Origin: Phoronis australis | Taxonomy: Eukaryota > Animalia > Phoronida | Length of the DNA stretch: 64,000 bases | Direction: 5' to 3' | NCBI GenBank assembly: GCA_002633005.1 | Contig: NMRA01000294.1 | Location: 178,948 to 242,947, forward strand | In this document: piece by piece, positions 1 through 12,349 of the stretch | How the letters are laid out: each line of letters starts with the position of its first letter | Position numbering within the stretch: position 1 is the stretch's first letter | The notes under the pieces: generated by a model | Databases searched by the model: none | What the model was told of the DNA's origin: nothing | The model's input: only the letters and a program-made list of their open reading frames with translations | Made by a program: the position numbers and the translations under genes

Positions 1-1671
1 ACAAATTTAACTTAATGTAAGCCAATTGAAAAATTTCGCATGCAAATTAGTTACATTACATTGCTAAACTGGACATCCTCCAAAGCTGTGATACATTAGA
101 TGTTGTCATCGAAGTAATCGCAACGTAGTGCAAATGCATCACGTGCACGATAGGATTTCTTAATGTGATAATTTGGGATCATTGACATGTGCTAATTGAC
201 TCAAAAACCTATTTTTAATTCGATTGGTGATTATTCGAGCAAAATATGAGCAGCTATTAGCGGCGACACTTCCCTGTAATTGTTGATGATAACAGTGGCC
301 CCTGACGATAATTTGGATGTAACCGAAGTTGACCGTTCATACTGCACTGAAGCAACGCGACGCTGTGCTGTTAAATCCACTTGTCTACTGCGAAGCTAAC
401 TGCTGCAGTTAACTTGAATTCAGGCCGTTCGTACTGACTTGCAACTCCCCAAAACATCGACGTGACGACGTTAGAATGAAAGGGCTTTCGCAATTAACAC
501 CAACACGGTGTAACTAATCTGCGTCAGCGTGAATCAGTATTAGTATTAGTAAGCGCAACAAATCGCAGGACAAAAACTGAACAGCTGATCGAATTGAAGC
601 TCTTCAAAATGATTCGGGTCTTACGTATGCTGACTGAGATCAGTTACCCATCAGTGAATGCTCCAACCGTGTATACGAGTCACTGAACATTTCACAAACA
701 GCACTGACTTATACTTGTCCATGCCTTGTAAAACCTTCATGAGTTCGAACATTCAGTCTTGTCCTCATTGTTTCCCACCTATCGAACGAGTCGCTTAAAG
801 GTACAAGGTTTGTTGGTAATGCCGCTTATTTTACTGACTAACACGTCTTTTTCTAAATCTAGTAGAGCAAGACGACTTCGTTTCGCCTTCGGACGAACAC
901 ACGATTTTTTTTGCACGTTTGAAAAGTTAATAACCTTTTGAACTTGATGGCTACCAAAAAACGGCTAAAACGGCGTTAAGAGATATTTCGTGTATAACTC
1001 GGACCATACGCCTTTAATGCGAAGGCATGGGCGATCCTTTGTCTGCCTCCTTAACGGCGAATTCAGTTTTTTACGTTTACCTTTATATAGTCAAAGATCC
1101 TCGACGGATCTTNGTATTAGTAAGCGCAACAAATCGCAGGACAAAAACTGAACAGCTGATCGAATTGAAGCTCTTCAAAATGATTCGGGTCTTACGTATG
1201 CTGACTGAGATCAGTTACCCATCAGTAAATGCTCCAACCGTGTATACGAGTCACTGAACATTTCACAAACAGCACTGACTTATACTTGTCCATGCCTTGT
1301 AAAACCTTCATGAGTTCGAACATTCAGTCTTGTCCTCATTGTTTCCCACCTATCGAACGAGTCGCTTAAAGGTACAAGGTTTGTTGGTAATGCCGCTTAT
1401 TTTACTGACTAACACGTCTTTTTCTAAATCTAGTAAAGCAAGACGACTTCGTTTCGCCTTCGGACGAACACACGATTTTTTTTTTGCACGTTTGAAAAGT
1501 TAATAACCTTTTGAAATTGATGGCTACCAAAAAACCGGCTAAAACGGCGTTAAGAGATATTTCGTGTATAACTCGGACCATACGCCTTTAATGCGAAGGC
1601 ATGGGCGATCCTTTGTCTGCCTCCCTAACGGCGAATTCAGTTTTTTACGTTTACCTTTATATAGTCAAAGA
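1..1671 (-). mobile_element. Putative Helitron 5' portion (runs out of window to the left)
   Basis: The minus strand starts A|TCTTTGACTATATAAAG at 1671, i.e. a TC 5' terminus after a host A, typical of Helitrons. The 16 bp to its right (1672-1687) belong to the Helentron-like repeat that resumes at 8801. The 3' end is not visible and no intact RepHel ORF was seen. Confidence 0.4.
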
Positions 1672-1686
1672 TCCTCGACGGATCTT
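543..1686. repeat. ~570-bp direct duplication separated by a single N (probable haplotype/contig-overlap artefact)
   Basis: 543-1112 and 1114-1686 are near-identical (a few SNPs and homopolymer length changes), with an n at 1113 exactly at the junction. Confidence 0.85.
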
Positions 1687-3813
1687 CTTAAAGTGGCTTG
1701 GAACGTGAAAAATAGTATAAAGTAAGAAAGTAAATGTTACTCATCTTGCATAAAACCTGTGTCATATCGTGGCGTACAAGTTTTTTTGTAGGTTTCGTAA
1801 ATATAGTGAGTTTTAGATGAGTTTGGAGTATTTTTCTTTACGTTTGAAAAGACACACCTTCGTGCTCGTCAAGTCCTACATTACAGTCCCAAAATGCATT
1901 GCGGTGCCTTATTTGGAAATGGCCTGATGACCTCAGAAAGGTGAAAGGTCGCCGAAAGCAAAACAGTGATGGCTGGTTTCGAAAGCACATCGACACCTTG
2001 ATTGACTCAAAGAAGTCCCATTTCTGAAGTAAGTTCTCGATTTATTTGGTTTCTATGCTCTCCCAAGTACATGTATGATCTAATATACTTTTTGCACAGG
2101 ATTTCATTTACATGTATGTGCATTTCAAACGGAAAACGAACTATTCATGTCTTATCGTTTAGTGAATGAAAATAGTCTGGCTCACTGATCGGCGTACGGT
2201 CAACATCGTAGACTATGTTGTGTATAATCTATAGTAAACATGAACAATAACATTTTGCTAAAACATTTCAATACATCGTTACTGTACGTAGGATTTATAA
2301 CTAAAATGTATTTCGGGTGATTGTTAATTGTTACTACGTGATGATTGCGTACAGGCCAAAGGCCCCCCATGACTGGTGCAAGCAAAAATTACACAGCAAC
2401 AGCATGAAGAGTAAGAAAATATCGAACCCAACGGTTGAATTCCGGAACACCAGGTCTGTATCGCCAACCCCCACAACATTCGAGCCACCTGTGCATACAA
2501 TCGAGCTTTGCTCATTTCTCCGAGGTGTCATGTTGGGCCCCCCTTGTGGTATCCTAGATCCGCCACTGGCGTATTCACCGTTTAGTAAGTGGCCAAGTAG
2601 TGCAAGTGCAGTTAGCTAAATCCTCAGCTGTTAGTGTTGGAAGAAAATGTAATCTGAATTTCTCTGAAAACCTTCATTGAACTTTCTTGTTTACCGATCA
2701 AAAAATCCACCAAAAATTCTGGCCCAGGGTTTTCTTGAATTCTGGGGCCAAATGCACCCAGTTGGCCCAAAGTACATGTAGTCAATGCATTTTAGTGTTC
2801 AAATGGCCAAGATCAATGACTTGACCAACTTAGTAATGATATTAAAATTATGCCTTAGTAATCACACTGTTATTTACAGTAATTCTAACCAATTACAAGG
2901 TGCTTCACAGCGAATTTTTAAATAAAACTTTAAAATTGGGAAGGTTAACTTTCTAATGCTAAATTTTTGTATCTTTTTGAACCGAAAACACATTTTATCT
3001 CCTAATATCTCAAAAGCTGTTAACTCCAGTCATCTGATAATTTACATTGTCATTACATGGAAATATGTGATGATGATACATGTAAGTCACAGACACATAT
3101 GTTCCAAGGACTGGTTGTAAGTATATTGACCTAATTGTTCACCCAGTGATAGTTTGCAATATGCATCATAATGAACATTCAGTTACAACAGCATTAAAAA
3201 GTTTTATTTTATCGAGCATAATCATGATCCAAATAATTTTGCTTTTTTTCAAAGTATGTTACACATTTTCACTGACTATAACTACAAGCACTAAGCAATT
3301 TAGGCATTTGTACAAATCTGTGGTTTGCAATCAACTTCTGTTTTATTGAGTTGACCTCCACTTTTACATCTGACTACAATGAAACATCAATGATGTTTGG
3401 ACTCATGGAAGGATACAAAGTTACATAATGCACGAAATAAGAGGTCATTCCACTTGAGCAACATAACTGTGTTTAGAAATAAAAAGACAGAATCAATCTA
3501 CACACCTTTGGACAAATGGAATGCTAAATTGCACTTCCAGCGAATTTGTCCCACTAAAAACATCAGAAATTGCAGCAAAATTAATTGAAAATAATTTTAT
3601 TTCTACTATCCATGGAGCATCTAATTATCATTGCAGAGGAGAAAATAATAGAACATCTAGGTACTTTCATAGTTTATAACATTATTCATTGGCTACAACA
3701 TCAGCCGTTGCACAGTTTCAATTGCACAGAACTTGTCTTACACTTCACCTGTGGCTAGAGAACAAAGAACTGTCAAAAGTAGCATGTTATTGCACCAGCA
3801 ATTGTAGGAGGTA

Positions 3814-4112
3814 CTGAAAGTCAAGGCTTTGTCGCACTGGCTGAGCCTAGAACGTTTTGTTTGAATGGACTTAATATTAGCATATAGTCAAGATTAATAA
3901 AGTGATGAACTCGAACCAGTGTTCAGTCTACCATTGCATCAAAATATTAGAACANCTGAAAGTCAAGGCTTTGTCGCACTGGCTGAGCATAGAACAGACA
4001 TTACGTTGTACGTTTTGTTTGAATGGACTTAAAATGAGCATATAGTCAAGATTAATAAAGTGATGAACTCGAACCAGTGTTCAGTCTACCATTGCATCAA
4101 AATATTAGAACA
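3814..4112. repeat. ~140-155-bp tandem duplication inside the Kolobok element
   Basis: ctgaaagtcaaggctttgtcgcactggctgagc...aaatattagaaca occurs at ~3814 and again at ~3956. Confidence 0.85.
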
Positions 4113-7030
4113 AATCGATGACAACCTGCGCCCACCTATCCATGGGGTAAAACGTGAAAAGAATTTAGACTAACAGACTGGGGCTGAGATTTCACTAATG
4201 GAATGCTCTCAGGAACAGAATATTTTCACACATTACCAGTCCTGTTTGAAGCATTTGCTTTGGTTTGGAAATTACTCCCAATGTTAGGCATGGCTTTTGA
4301 TGAATTTTGAGACTATATGAAATTTAAAAGGCTTGTTTATTTCCATAGGATATGTGGGAGAGCCATGAAAACAAGGAGAAGTGAAAGTGTAAGAGGAGGT
4401 AGAGGAAGGAAATGGAAGTCAGTTGCTACAGCTACTCTAGGTCCAGCTTCAGTGACCCCAGCTCATCGTGGTCTGCAAGGTTATGCATCTTATCAAGATG
4501 ACGTACAGGTACTTTATCATGAAGAACAAACACGTGCAAAAACAATTTAAAAATTCTAGTTCAGAGAATAATTTATGACTTGTAAATATATAGAATATCC
4601 AATATTTAACCTTCTATGTTATTTTACATCTTGAAGAAATAAGGAGCCATTACATTTTACAGATTTTCATGTGGTCATCATTTGTCTAATGATGCAAAAT
4701 AAGATGTGACATCAACTTTTGAACAAAGTTCCAGTTTTTTCTAGTAGTGAGCTGAGCTTGTAGCTAAGTGAATTATAAGAATACAAGATGGGATAAATAT
4801 CTCCTTTCCATAATTAGTGAAAAATCTCCTAATTTTCAGAGAAGAGTAAATGCAATGACCAAATGAGCAAGTGCGACACCTTTCGGAGAAGGAGATAGAA
4901 AGAGAGTGTTGAACTTTCAACAGAAGAAATCCGAACATCACTCATCCTTTGCAAGACACGCTGATGAGATTTGAAAGGGAAAGGAGGGTGTCATATAAAC
5001 AATAAATTTGCTACCGTCCACACCTGAGTGTTCACCAGCTGCATCATGAATTCTGTGGACACCACTGAAACCTGTAGACACCGTGTCATCATAGTCTCCA
5101 TAGCGGTACATATTGATGCTATCTCCTGCAACTTCCTCCCCACCAAACTCTTCATCTCCAAATCCAACATCGCTAATATCCACATCATCAATGATACTTT
5201 ATGGACTGCAACAAGAGAAAGCGTGATGATCTTGCCCTTTAGAATTTCAAAAACGACACAACACCTAGCTCCCGTAACGCACTTGAAGAACTACTAAGTA
5301 ACAGGGCTCGCATTATGTGCACTGGAGAACAGTTCAATACAGTTCATTCAGAATTCAAATGTTTTATACATATAGCGTTTGATGACACCTTACGATGCCT
5401 TCTTTAGTCATTTTGCAGGACCTAATGGTTAGTACTGTGAAAGGATTTCTGTCCTGTCAGGGCTTCCAACCTGAGATTCATTGCTGAACATGCACTGAGC
5501 TATTATGACCAATCGTCAGTAGAAGATATATTTAAATAAATACATTAACATTGTCAGCACTGAACAATATGATTTATTTTTATTAAAAATTGGATAACTC
5601 ATAATTTAAATGTGTACACAATGGTTATGTTGCCCTTACAGTTATCATCCAGGTCATCGCATACTAGGTCCTCAGAAACATCAACCAATAGCATGTAATA
5701 TAGAGAGTCAAAAATGTTCGAGTGTTTCTCTTTTAAAGCATTGGTCAGTCTGTATTTATTGGATTTCACCACATATCGCCTAACCACGATTAAGTTATGA
5801 TAAAAAACAATCCATGTACCGCATGGTCTCTATATTTAGAACTCAGAAAACAGATTTAGGAAATTCTATCCAGAACACACACTTATGACTTGATGTCACA
5901 AGTTTCATGGATTGCCTATGCTACTGATAAAAACTCCTCAAAATCCCAACATTGCATTTGAATATAAACTTTTAAATTATACAGCAATCAACTTCAAAAA
6001 AGAAAAAAATGTCTAATTCGGTGCAAAGACATGTATGTGCAAATGCAATCATTGAATTCAACTCTGACCACACTATTTTCAAATAAGTTGGGAATACCAA
6101 TGTGTCACGTTAAAAACACAAATATGACAAGATTAGTTGCAGGATGACCTATAAAACCATACCTAATAGGTGGTATTTAGTCAAAAGGGTCACCAAAACT
6201 ACTGCCCATCTCCTTTTTGATGTATTTATTTTTAGTTATATCTTTGCAAATCACAAATATATACAGTGCATGTAAACAGAGTATGCAAAATTCAGTCATG
6301 CTTAGAAGAGAAACCTGTGCACGCCATTCCTGACCATACCAGACATGTAGAAAAATCCATTTTATTGGAATATACCATGCAAAATATATGCACACTCATC
6401 AGTTAGAACACTAAATAGTTTGTTGTCAAGATAATTCATGAGCACTGACTAGTTCTCTCAAATTTTAAAGATCGGGGGCCTGTTCCAACAGAACTGACTT
6501 AGCTAAGACAATTTTCAACTTTTAGTAAATTTTAAAATAAAGTTAAATTTGTCTCAAAAACAATTCAAGAAAGTGTTTGACATAAGTTTTGTCTTAACTT
6601 ACCAAAATTGGAAGTTTCAAAGTTTGGAAGTTAAAGACAAATCTTAGACTTAAGTCAAAATGATCTCGTCAATTTCTTGGAACAGACTCTAGTACTTTCA
6701 CATCACCTTTGTAATGAATGGCCTGGATACAAACATCAAGGCTTCGTCGTCACAGACAAAATCAATTGCGTCGATTCCAGAAATTTCAAGCCCACTGAAA
6801 ATATACTATTCTCATAATCACATTTAGATGATAAAGAAAGTTACCACGAGTTCAACATTTGTCAGCAACTAATCGAGGGTGCCAGGCAGTCATATGTACA
6901 GACTTGAGTCCAACGCACAAAACACTGCATCATTTGGAAGAACGCTTCATTTATACATACGAACCACAACATGATGTGTACAAACGGACAGTCATGCACA
7001 CAAAATAACTAATCAGATATAAAAATAACA

Positions 7031-7467
7031 NNNNNNNNNNNNNNNNNNNNNNNNNNNNNNNNNNNNNNNNNNNNNNNNNNNNNNNNNNNNNNNNNNNNNN
7101 NNNNNNNNNNNNNNNNNNNNNNNNNNNNNNNNNNNNNNNNNNNNNNNNNNNNNNNNNNNNNNNNNNNNNNNNNNNNNNNNNNNNNNNNNNNNNNNNNNNN
7201 NNNNNNNNNNNNNNNNNNNNNNNNNNNNNNNNNNNNNNNNNNNNNNNNNNNNNNNNNNNNNNNNNNNNNNNNNNNNNNNNNNNNNNNNNNNNNNNNNNNN
7301 NNNNNNNNNNNNNNNNNNNNNNNNNNNNNNNNNNNNNNNNNNNNNNNNNNNNNNNNNNNNNNNNNNNNNNNNNNNNNNNNNNNNNNNNNNNNNNNNNNNN
7401 NNNNNNNNNNNNNNNNNNNNNNNNNNNNNNNNNNNNNNNNNNNNNNNNNNNNNNNNNNNNNNNNNNN
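7031..7467. other. Assembly gap (N run)
   Basis: Run of n characters. Confidence 1.
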
Positions 7468-8800
7468 GGCTTTAGGTTCTGACTCTGTGGACACTTGTCT
7501 AGACATTGTTGAAAATCTTTCACTTTGTGCCACTTCATACCTATTGTGCAAAAATGAAATTGCAATAACCTAGTTATTAACTACAGGTACAGATGTCAAA
7601 GCCTACAGGTGGTACAATTCGCCGCCATAATAACAACCAAACTACATGAATAACCATCACAAAAAATACGAGTGCAATTCATTACTAATTTTTTTTGTTG
7701 CGAATTGGAATTTATTACCAAAAATTATCCTCAGTTAATCAACGAACGTTTTTGCTTTCACTTTGTTAACCTTTGTAGGGCAGCGAAATTTTGATTATTG
7801 GGGTTTTAGCAGTGGATTTTCTTCCAAATTTCGCACAATATCTTCGAAGAAGGTAGGCCCCTTGATCTCTTATTATACTACCACTTAATGTCAATATACA
7901 TAGGTCTGAAAATAAGGTACAACAAGATAACAAGGCTACAAATCGGTGAGACATGACTTTGTACCTCCTTTGCAAGTACTCAATCTGGCAAAATGCACAG
8001 CTTGCTACTAAAACAGAATTTCTGTCTGAACTCGGCCATAACTGGTGGCACAGGGGGTTCCAGGGGCAGCAAGAAGCCTTTTAGCAACTCGTACCTCGCA
8101 CAAACTAAACCATACAAGTCATGCTGCCTTAAGTACCTTGATAACATAGACATGGTCACCTTAGGAGGCTGTCGATGTCTTTATTTCCTTCTAACTTGAA
8201 CAAATACTTTGGTAATCAAGATTTCTTTCTGATTCGTTTCTTTGTTCATCTACAATATCATTTTGCACAGGTATGAGTGGTACAACCCTTGCGGCCAAGT
8301 TTCAAGCACTAGCACACTCTGGTGATCACCAGTGTAGCGCTTTAATGATTGATTTACTCCGTCATGGAGGTCGATCTCAATGTGATTTCAAAACGCTACA
8401 GCAGTGATTCAATCAATACAGAATTGGGCCAATTTCCCAAAAATGGTCAGTCCATGATTTTGTTACCATAGCGAAGGACAAAAAATTGACTCCTAATGCC
8501 CGTTCGTATTTGACCGAGCTGGGAAAAGTTTAAGACATTACCATTCCCCTAAGGTATCCCCCTATCTGCAAAAGTTCGTTGCAGCAACATGACTTTGATG
8601 GTTTAATCAATGTGGCACAATTCGCCAAAAAACTTCCAACTGGTGGAGGGCCTATTGGACAACTGCAGTCAGTTGAGAGTGTGGTACTATCTCAAAGTAA
8701 TAATGCTTTTCAATTTCTCTTAGTGTTTCAAGAATTATCAACTGTAAACAACTAAAAAAGTCGTCAATATATGTTATAAGGAGGTCATAGGCCACTTTAA

Positions 8801-10512
8801 ATTTTGGCATATAGACATCTATTAGTGCGATGACACTATTCTTCCGTTTTTGGATGGATTCGAAATATTTTGCGCCGCCTAGTGGTCATTTTTCACGGTT
8901 TTCTTGTTTGCTTTGGTGTCCACCCCTGTATCAACCGAACCACTCGAGGTGTGATTGTAAAAATTGGCATGTCTGTTATTACTATCATGAAGAGAACGGC
9001 TGACGATGATTTCCTGACAACTTTGACTACTGTGTTGCCTCACCCAGCCTTCAAATTGGGGGGCTCGAATTTCTGTCGATGTGAACCATTTGTTGACAAA
9101 AAATCGGGAGAACTAAAAAAAAAAACGGAGTACCACATTCATAACTGTGAACTGTGCGTGTGCATCTATTTTATTGCACTCTTGTCTCGTTTTCTATGAC
9201 TTTTTGTTATTCTGGGGTGGACCTTTTTGCCCACTTCGCCAGATGGGTGCGCGCATGCTCCTAGTAACAATCTTGTTTTTTTACACCAATGGCGGTATAT
9301 TCTATACACTCTGCAGGATTTTTGTTAAATTTAGCCAGTGTTTTTATATGAAGTTGACAACTGACGATGACTACTTTTGAACTTATCGGACTACCGGTGT
9401 GGCCCATTGTGGCAATTTTCCTTTACCTCTGTATCTTCAAAAGTCTTCCACTGATTTTTATAAAATTTGGAATATGGGCATTTATTGGTGGGATGACGCT
9501 ATCCCTCCTTTTTCGGATGGATTCAATGTATTGTGTGCCACCTAGTGGCCATTTGTGCTATTTTTGAGTCTGTTTTTGGTGTCCACCTCTCTATCAATCA
9601 ACCCATTCTAAGGAGAGTTGTAAACATTGGCATTTATATTTTAGTGTGAAGAGGACGACAGACGATAACTACTTCTACTACTGTGGCGCCTCCGAGTGGC
9701 AGTTTTTTTCATCCGTAGCTGTATCTCTTAAACTCACTGCAGGATCTTTATTAAATTAAGCAAGTGTAACAATATAAAGTTGACATTGTACGAGGACGAC
9801 TTTCAGACGGATCCGACCAAAGCTATGCCCCCTAGTAGCAATTTCATTTTTATACGTTTTCATCTCTTTCTCTGAAACTTCTTTACGAATTTTTATGAAA
9901 TTTAATGAATAGCTTTCTATTACAAACGATGATACATTCCCCCTTTCGGATGGATTTGACCTGTTTAGCGCCGTCTAGCGGTCATTTTACTGCTTTCTAA
10001 TCTGTCGTACGTCCGCCTCTCTATCTATGATACAAGGATGATTGTGAAAATTGGTACATACATGTACATGTACATGTAAATAGTTCTTGTGAAGAGGACC
10101 GTTGACGAGGATTTTGTGACGACTTCGTTTGCTTTTGCGCCTCCTAGTGGCATTTTGCTCTCATACACGTAGCTGCAGGATCTTTATTTAACTTAAGCAA
10201 CTGTATTTATATGAAGATGACGACGGGCAGTGACGACTTTCAGACAGATCCGACGAACGCGCTGCCCCTAGTGGCAATTTCGTTTTTTTTTTGTTTTGTT
10301 TTTTATTTCTCTGAAGTTTATTGGCAGATTTTTATGAAATTTGGTAATGGCTTTCTATTAAACATATGATGGGATGTTCCCGTTTTCTGATGGAAACGAC
10401 GTATTTTGCGTCACCTAGTTTCCATTCTTATGATACAATTAAACACCCCTAGAAGCACACCGTTTGCAATGCATTTGTGGGCGCGTTTCAACGCTTCGCG
10501 TTGCTTTTGTTT
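8801..10512 (+). mobile_element. Helentron-associated (HINE/DINE-1-like) non-autonomous element with internal ~140-bp repeat array, copy 1 (5' part interrupted)
   Basis: 3' subterminal repeat gtgggcgcgt (10477-10486) and perfect stem-loop caacgc-ttc-gcgttg (10489-10503), ending cttttgttt. Internal units each carry a gYgccNYctagtggcMa-type motif. Homologous to 17110-18177. Confidence 0.7.
9041..9257. mobile_element. Short MITE (catgcgcgcacc...ggtgcgcgcatg family), left end truncated, inserted in the HINE unit
   Basis: Shares cacccagcct and ttttgcccacttcgccagatgggtgcgcgcatg with copies at 16365-16613 and 29044-29224. Confidence 0.6.
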
Positions 10513-10826
10513 AACAGCTTAGCCTTTCATAAAAACAGTTTGATAGAACAAATTAACCAGAACTCTTCAGTATATGTGTCACTGACAAGGAAACCAAATT
10601 CAATTCCTGGGACACAAGTTTTAATTCTTGTAGTCTTAAGTACTATAGGAGACGTCCGCAGTTGAAGCTTAGTCCTCGAGTTTGGCGTCCGTACATGTAT
10701 ATCGAGTACTTTTCGGGTATACCAGAAATATTTGATTACGTGCCTCGAGTTTGTGGACCATTGGTTCCGACGTTCAGTGGTATGTGGCTAGTCGTCGTGA
10801 AAATTTGCATAGTGACCTTCTTTCAG

Positions 10827-10922
10827 AGTGTTGGCGCAAGACAATTCTTCCATAAGAAGTTCGTATTCCTCCTTGAACGATATTTCTTCTTGATTTGTTT
10901 TAACGCATATCTACACGAGCAG
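10827..10922 (+). CDS. PALD1: Paladin exon (first visible; SVGARQFFHKKFVFLLERYFFLICFNAYLHEQ)
   Basis: tttcag acceptor, gtacgt donor, 96 nt. Contains the paladin LERYxxLIxFNxYLHEQ motif, recognised from memory of vertebrate PALD1. Confidence 0.92.
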
Positions 10923-11409
10923 GTACGTTTGTCAATCTTAAAGTGGAACCCATTCTTATTTAATGTTACATTTGGTTATCTTGAATTTTTTCTTGTTATG
11001 AGCTGTTTCTCTGTGAGTTTTGTACCAACTAAAAATGAGAAACTAGAACTTGCATTCCCCAGATTCTGCTTTTACAAAATATATACTTTTCTAGAGTAAC
11101 GTCTTCACAGCTTTGAAGGTTTTCAGTGAATGCACAGCTTGTCGATTAAGTCCTACATAACATTAGTGGAATGATTCAAAAAACGCAGTTTTTATTAGAA
11201 GTAGTTGAAATCGCCAATTGAAACAAATTATAGTCTATAACTTTTGTCAATCTACGACAGTCTGAACGCACCTAATTACTTCGTACGTTAATTTGGCTTT
11301 TCAATCAACGCCCGACCACCAATTGATGGAACGGCAAATATACACTGTATAATCAAATGTTCGATGGTGGCTGATTCTGCTGTAAATGATTGTGCTTTCT
11401 TTTTTGTAG

Positions 11410-11529
11410 TATTCCAAACGATTTCAAAAGAAGTTTTCTACATGGTTAGAAAATAACCTCCATTTGTTGCGGATTCTTGGCAATTTGGGTCATTCCGAGA
11501 ATAGTGCTCACCCAGAACTACTTTCACAG
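11410..11529 (+). CDS. PALD1: Paladin exon (YSKRFQKKFSTWLENNLHLLRILGNLGHSENSAHPELLSQ)
   Basis: ttgtag acceptor, gtaaat donor, 120 nt open in frame. Matches the paladin Y..F..FS.W segment. Confidence 0.88.
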
Positions 11530-12349
11530 GTAAATTGAGAACCTATTATGCCTTCACGCAATGTTTAGCTGTTCCTGCCAGCATGCTATAAAATATTGTT
11601 ATGCCCGTTTGATAGGTTTTTACGTTTTTATGCTCCTGTCCTTTGGCAGGCTATACGACTGACAATTTCTGGATTTCCGTCACCGGGCGTGCCACGTTTT
11701 AAAGAATTTAGCTGTCGCTGACCTTCTTTGTGTTTTTTGAGTTTCGATCAAATTTATTGGGTTCTTACTTTAATTTTTCCTTAACCTCAAACCATTTGCC
11801 GAAATTCAGTATGTTCTGGCAACAAAAAGCTATTTCCGTTTTTTTTTGTGACATTCATAAATGTGGGCGTTATTGATCCCTGCCCTTCACGATGTTGTTG
11901 CACTGGCCCTTTGGTGATTGACTCTTGCTGACTGCCGTGGAATCACCCGGACGAGTTGAGACCAGGCGAGATTTCCACACACGTGAAACCTCGAGAAAAC
12001 TCGAAATTACTCAAGACTTCGCGAGATGTTACAAAGGAAATACATGCTCGCGGTCGAACTAACTTCGCGAAATTCTTGCGTCTTCGAAACTAAGCTCGAG
12101 ATCATCGAGTCCACCACGCAGACGTAGGATTCTAGCGAAGAAGCTTAAGCCGGCTAGCCAGTATGATAAAACGCTTTGCTTGTACTACAGGACACTACAT
12201 AACGATATCTCGCGGATTCTTGCGTGATCTGTGTTTTCGAGTGGTTCTTGCGTTTGTATAACGAACAATGGGTCGGCACTGTTTTCGAAAGATATCCAGA
12301 AAACTAATTAACTAATATCAATGAAATTGACCGCAGTAGCGCATTTTAT

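Larger units (their letters stand above)
1692..8796. mobile_element. Decayed Kolobok-type DNA transposon (~7.1 kb including an N gap)
   Basis: TTAA at 1688-1691 and 8797-8800, with termini AGTGGC...GCCACT. Removing it rejoins tcctcgacggatcttc-TTAA-attttggcat, which resembles an intact unit of the flanking repeat. Remnants: THAP-like (minus, ~8030-8220), transposase-like KFIVY...TCSFGH (minus, ~4850-5010), KolX-like (plus, ~4200-4500). Confidence 0.7.

Noticed and set aside
543-1686. Tandem duplication as a biological event
   Set aside because: A single N at the exact junction and allele-level differences point to unmerged haplotype overlap.
6951-7565. 204-aa and 180-aa ORFs
   Set aside because: They consist mostly of the N gap.
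8801-10512. Repeat-spacer pattern resembling a CRISPR array
   Set aside because: The context is eukaryotic, the spacers are homologous to one another, there are no cas genes, and the ends are Helentron-type.
7468-10826. Search for the preceding paladin exon
   Set aside because: No exon with paladin-like sequence was found. The region is transposon-derived, so the 5' exons probably lie upstream of the window.
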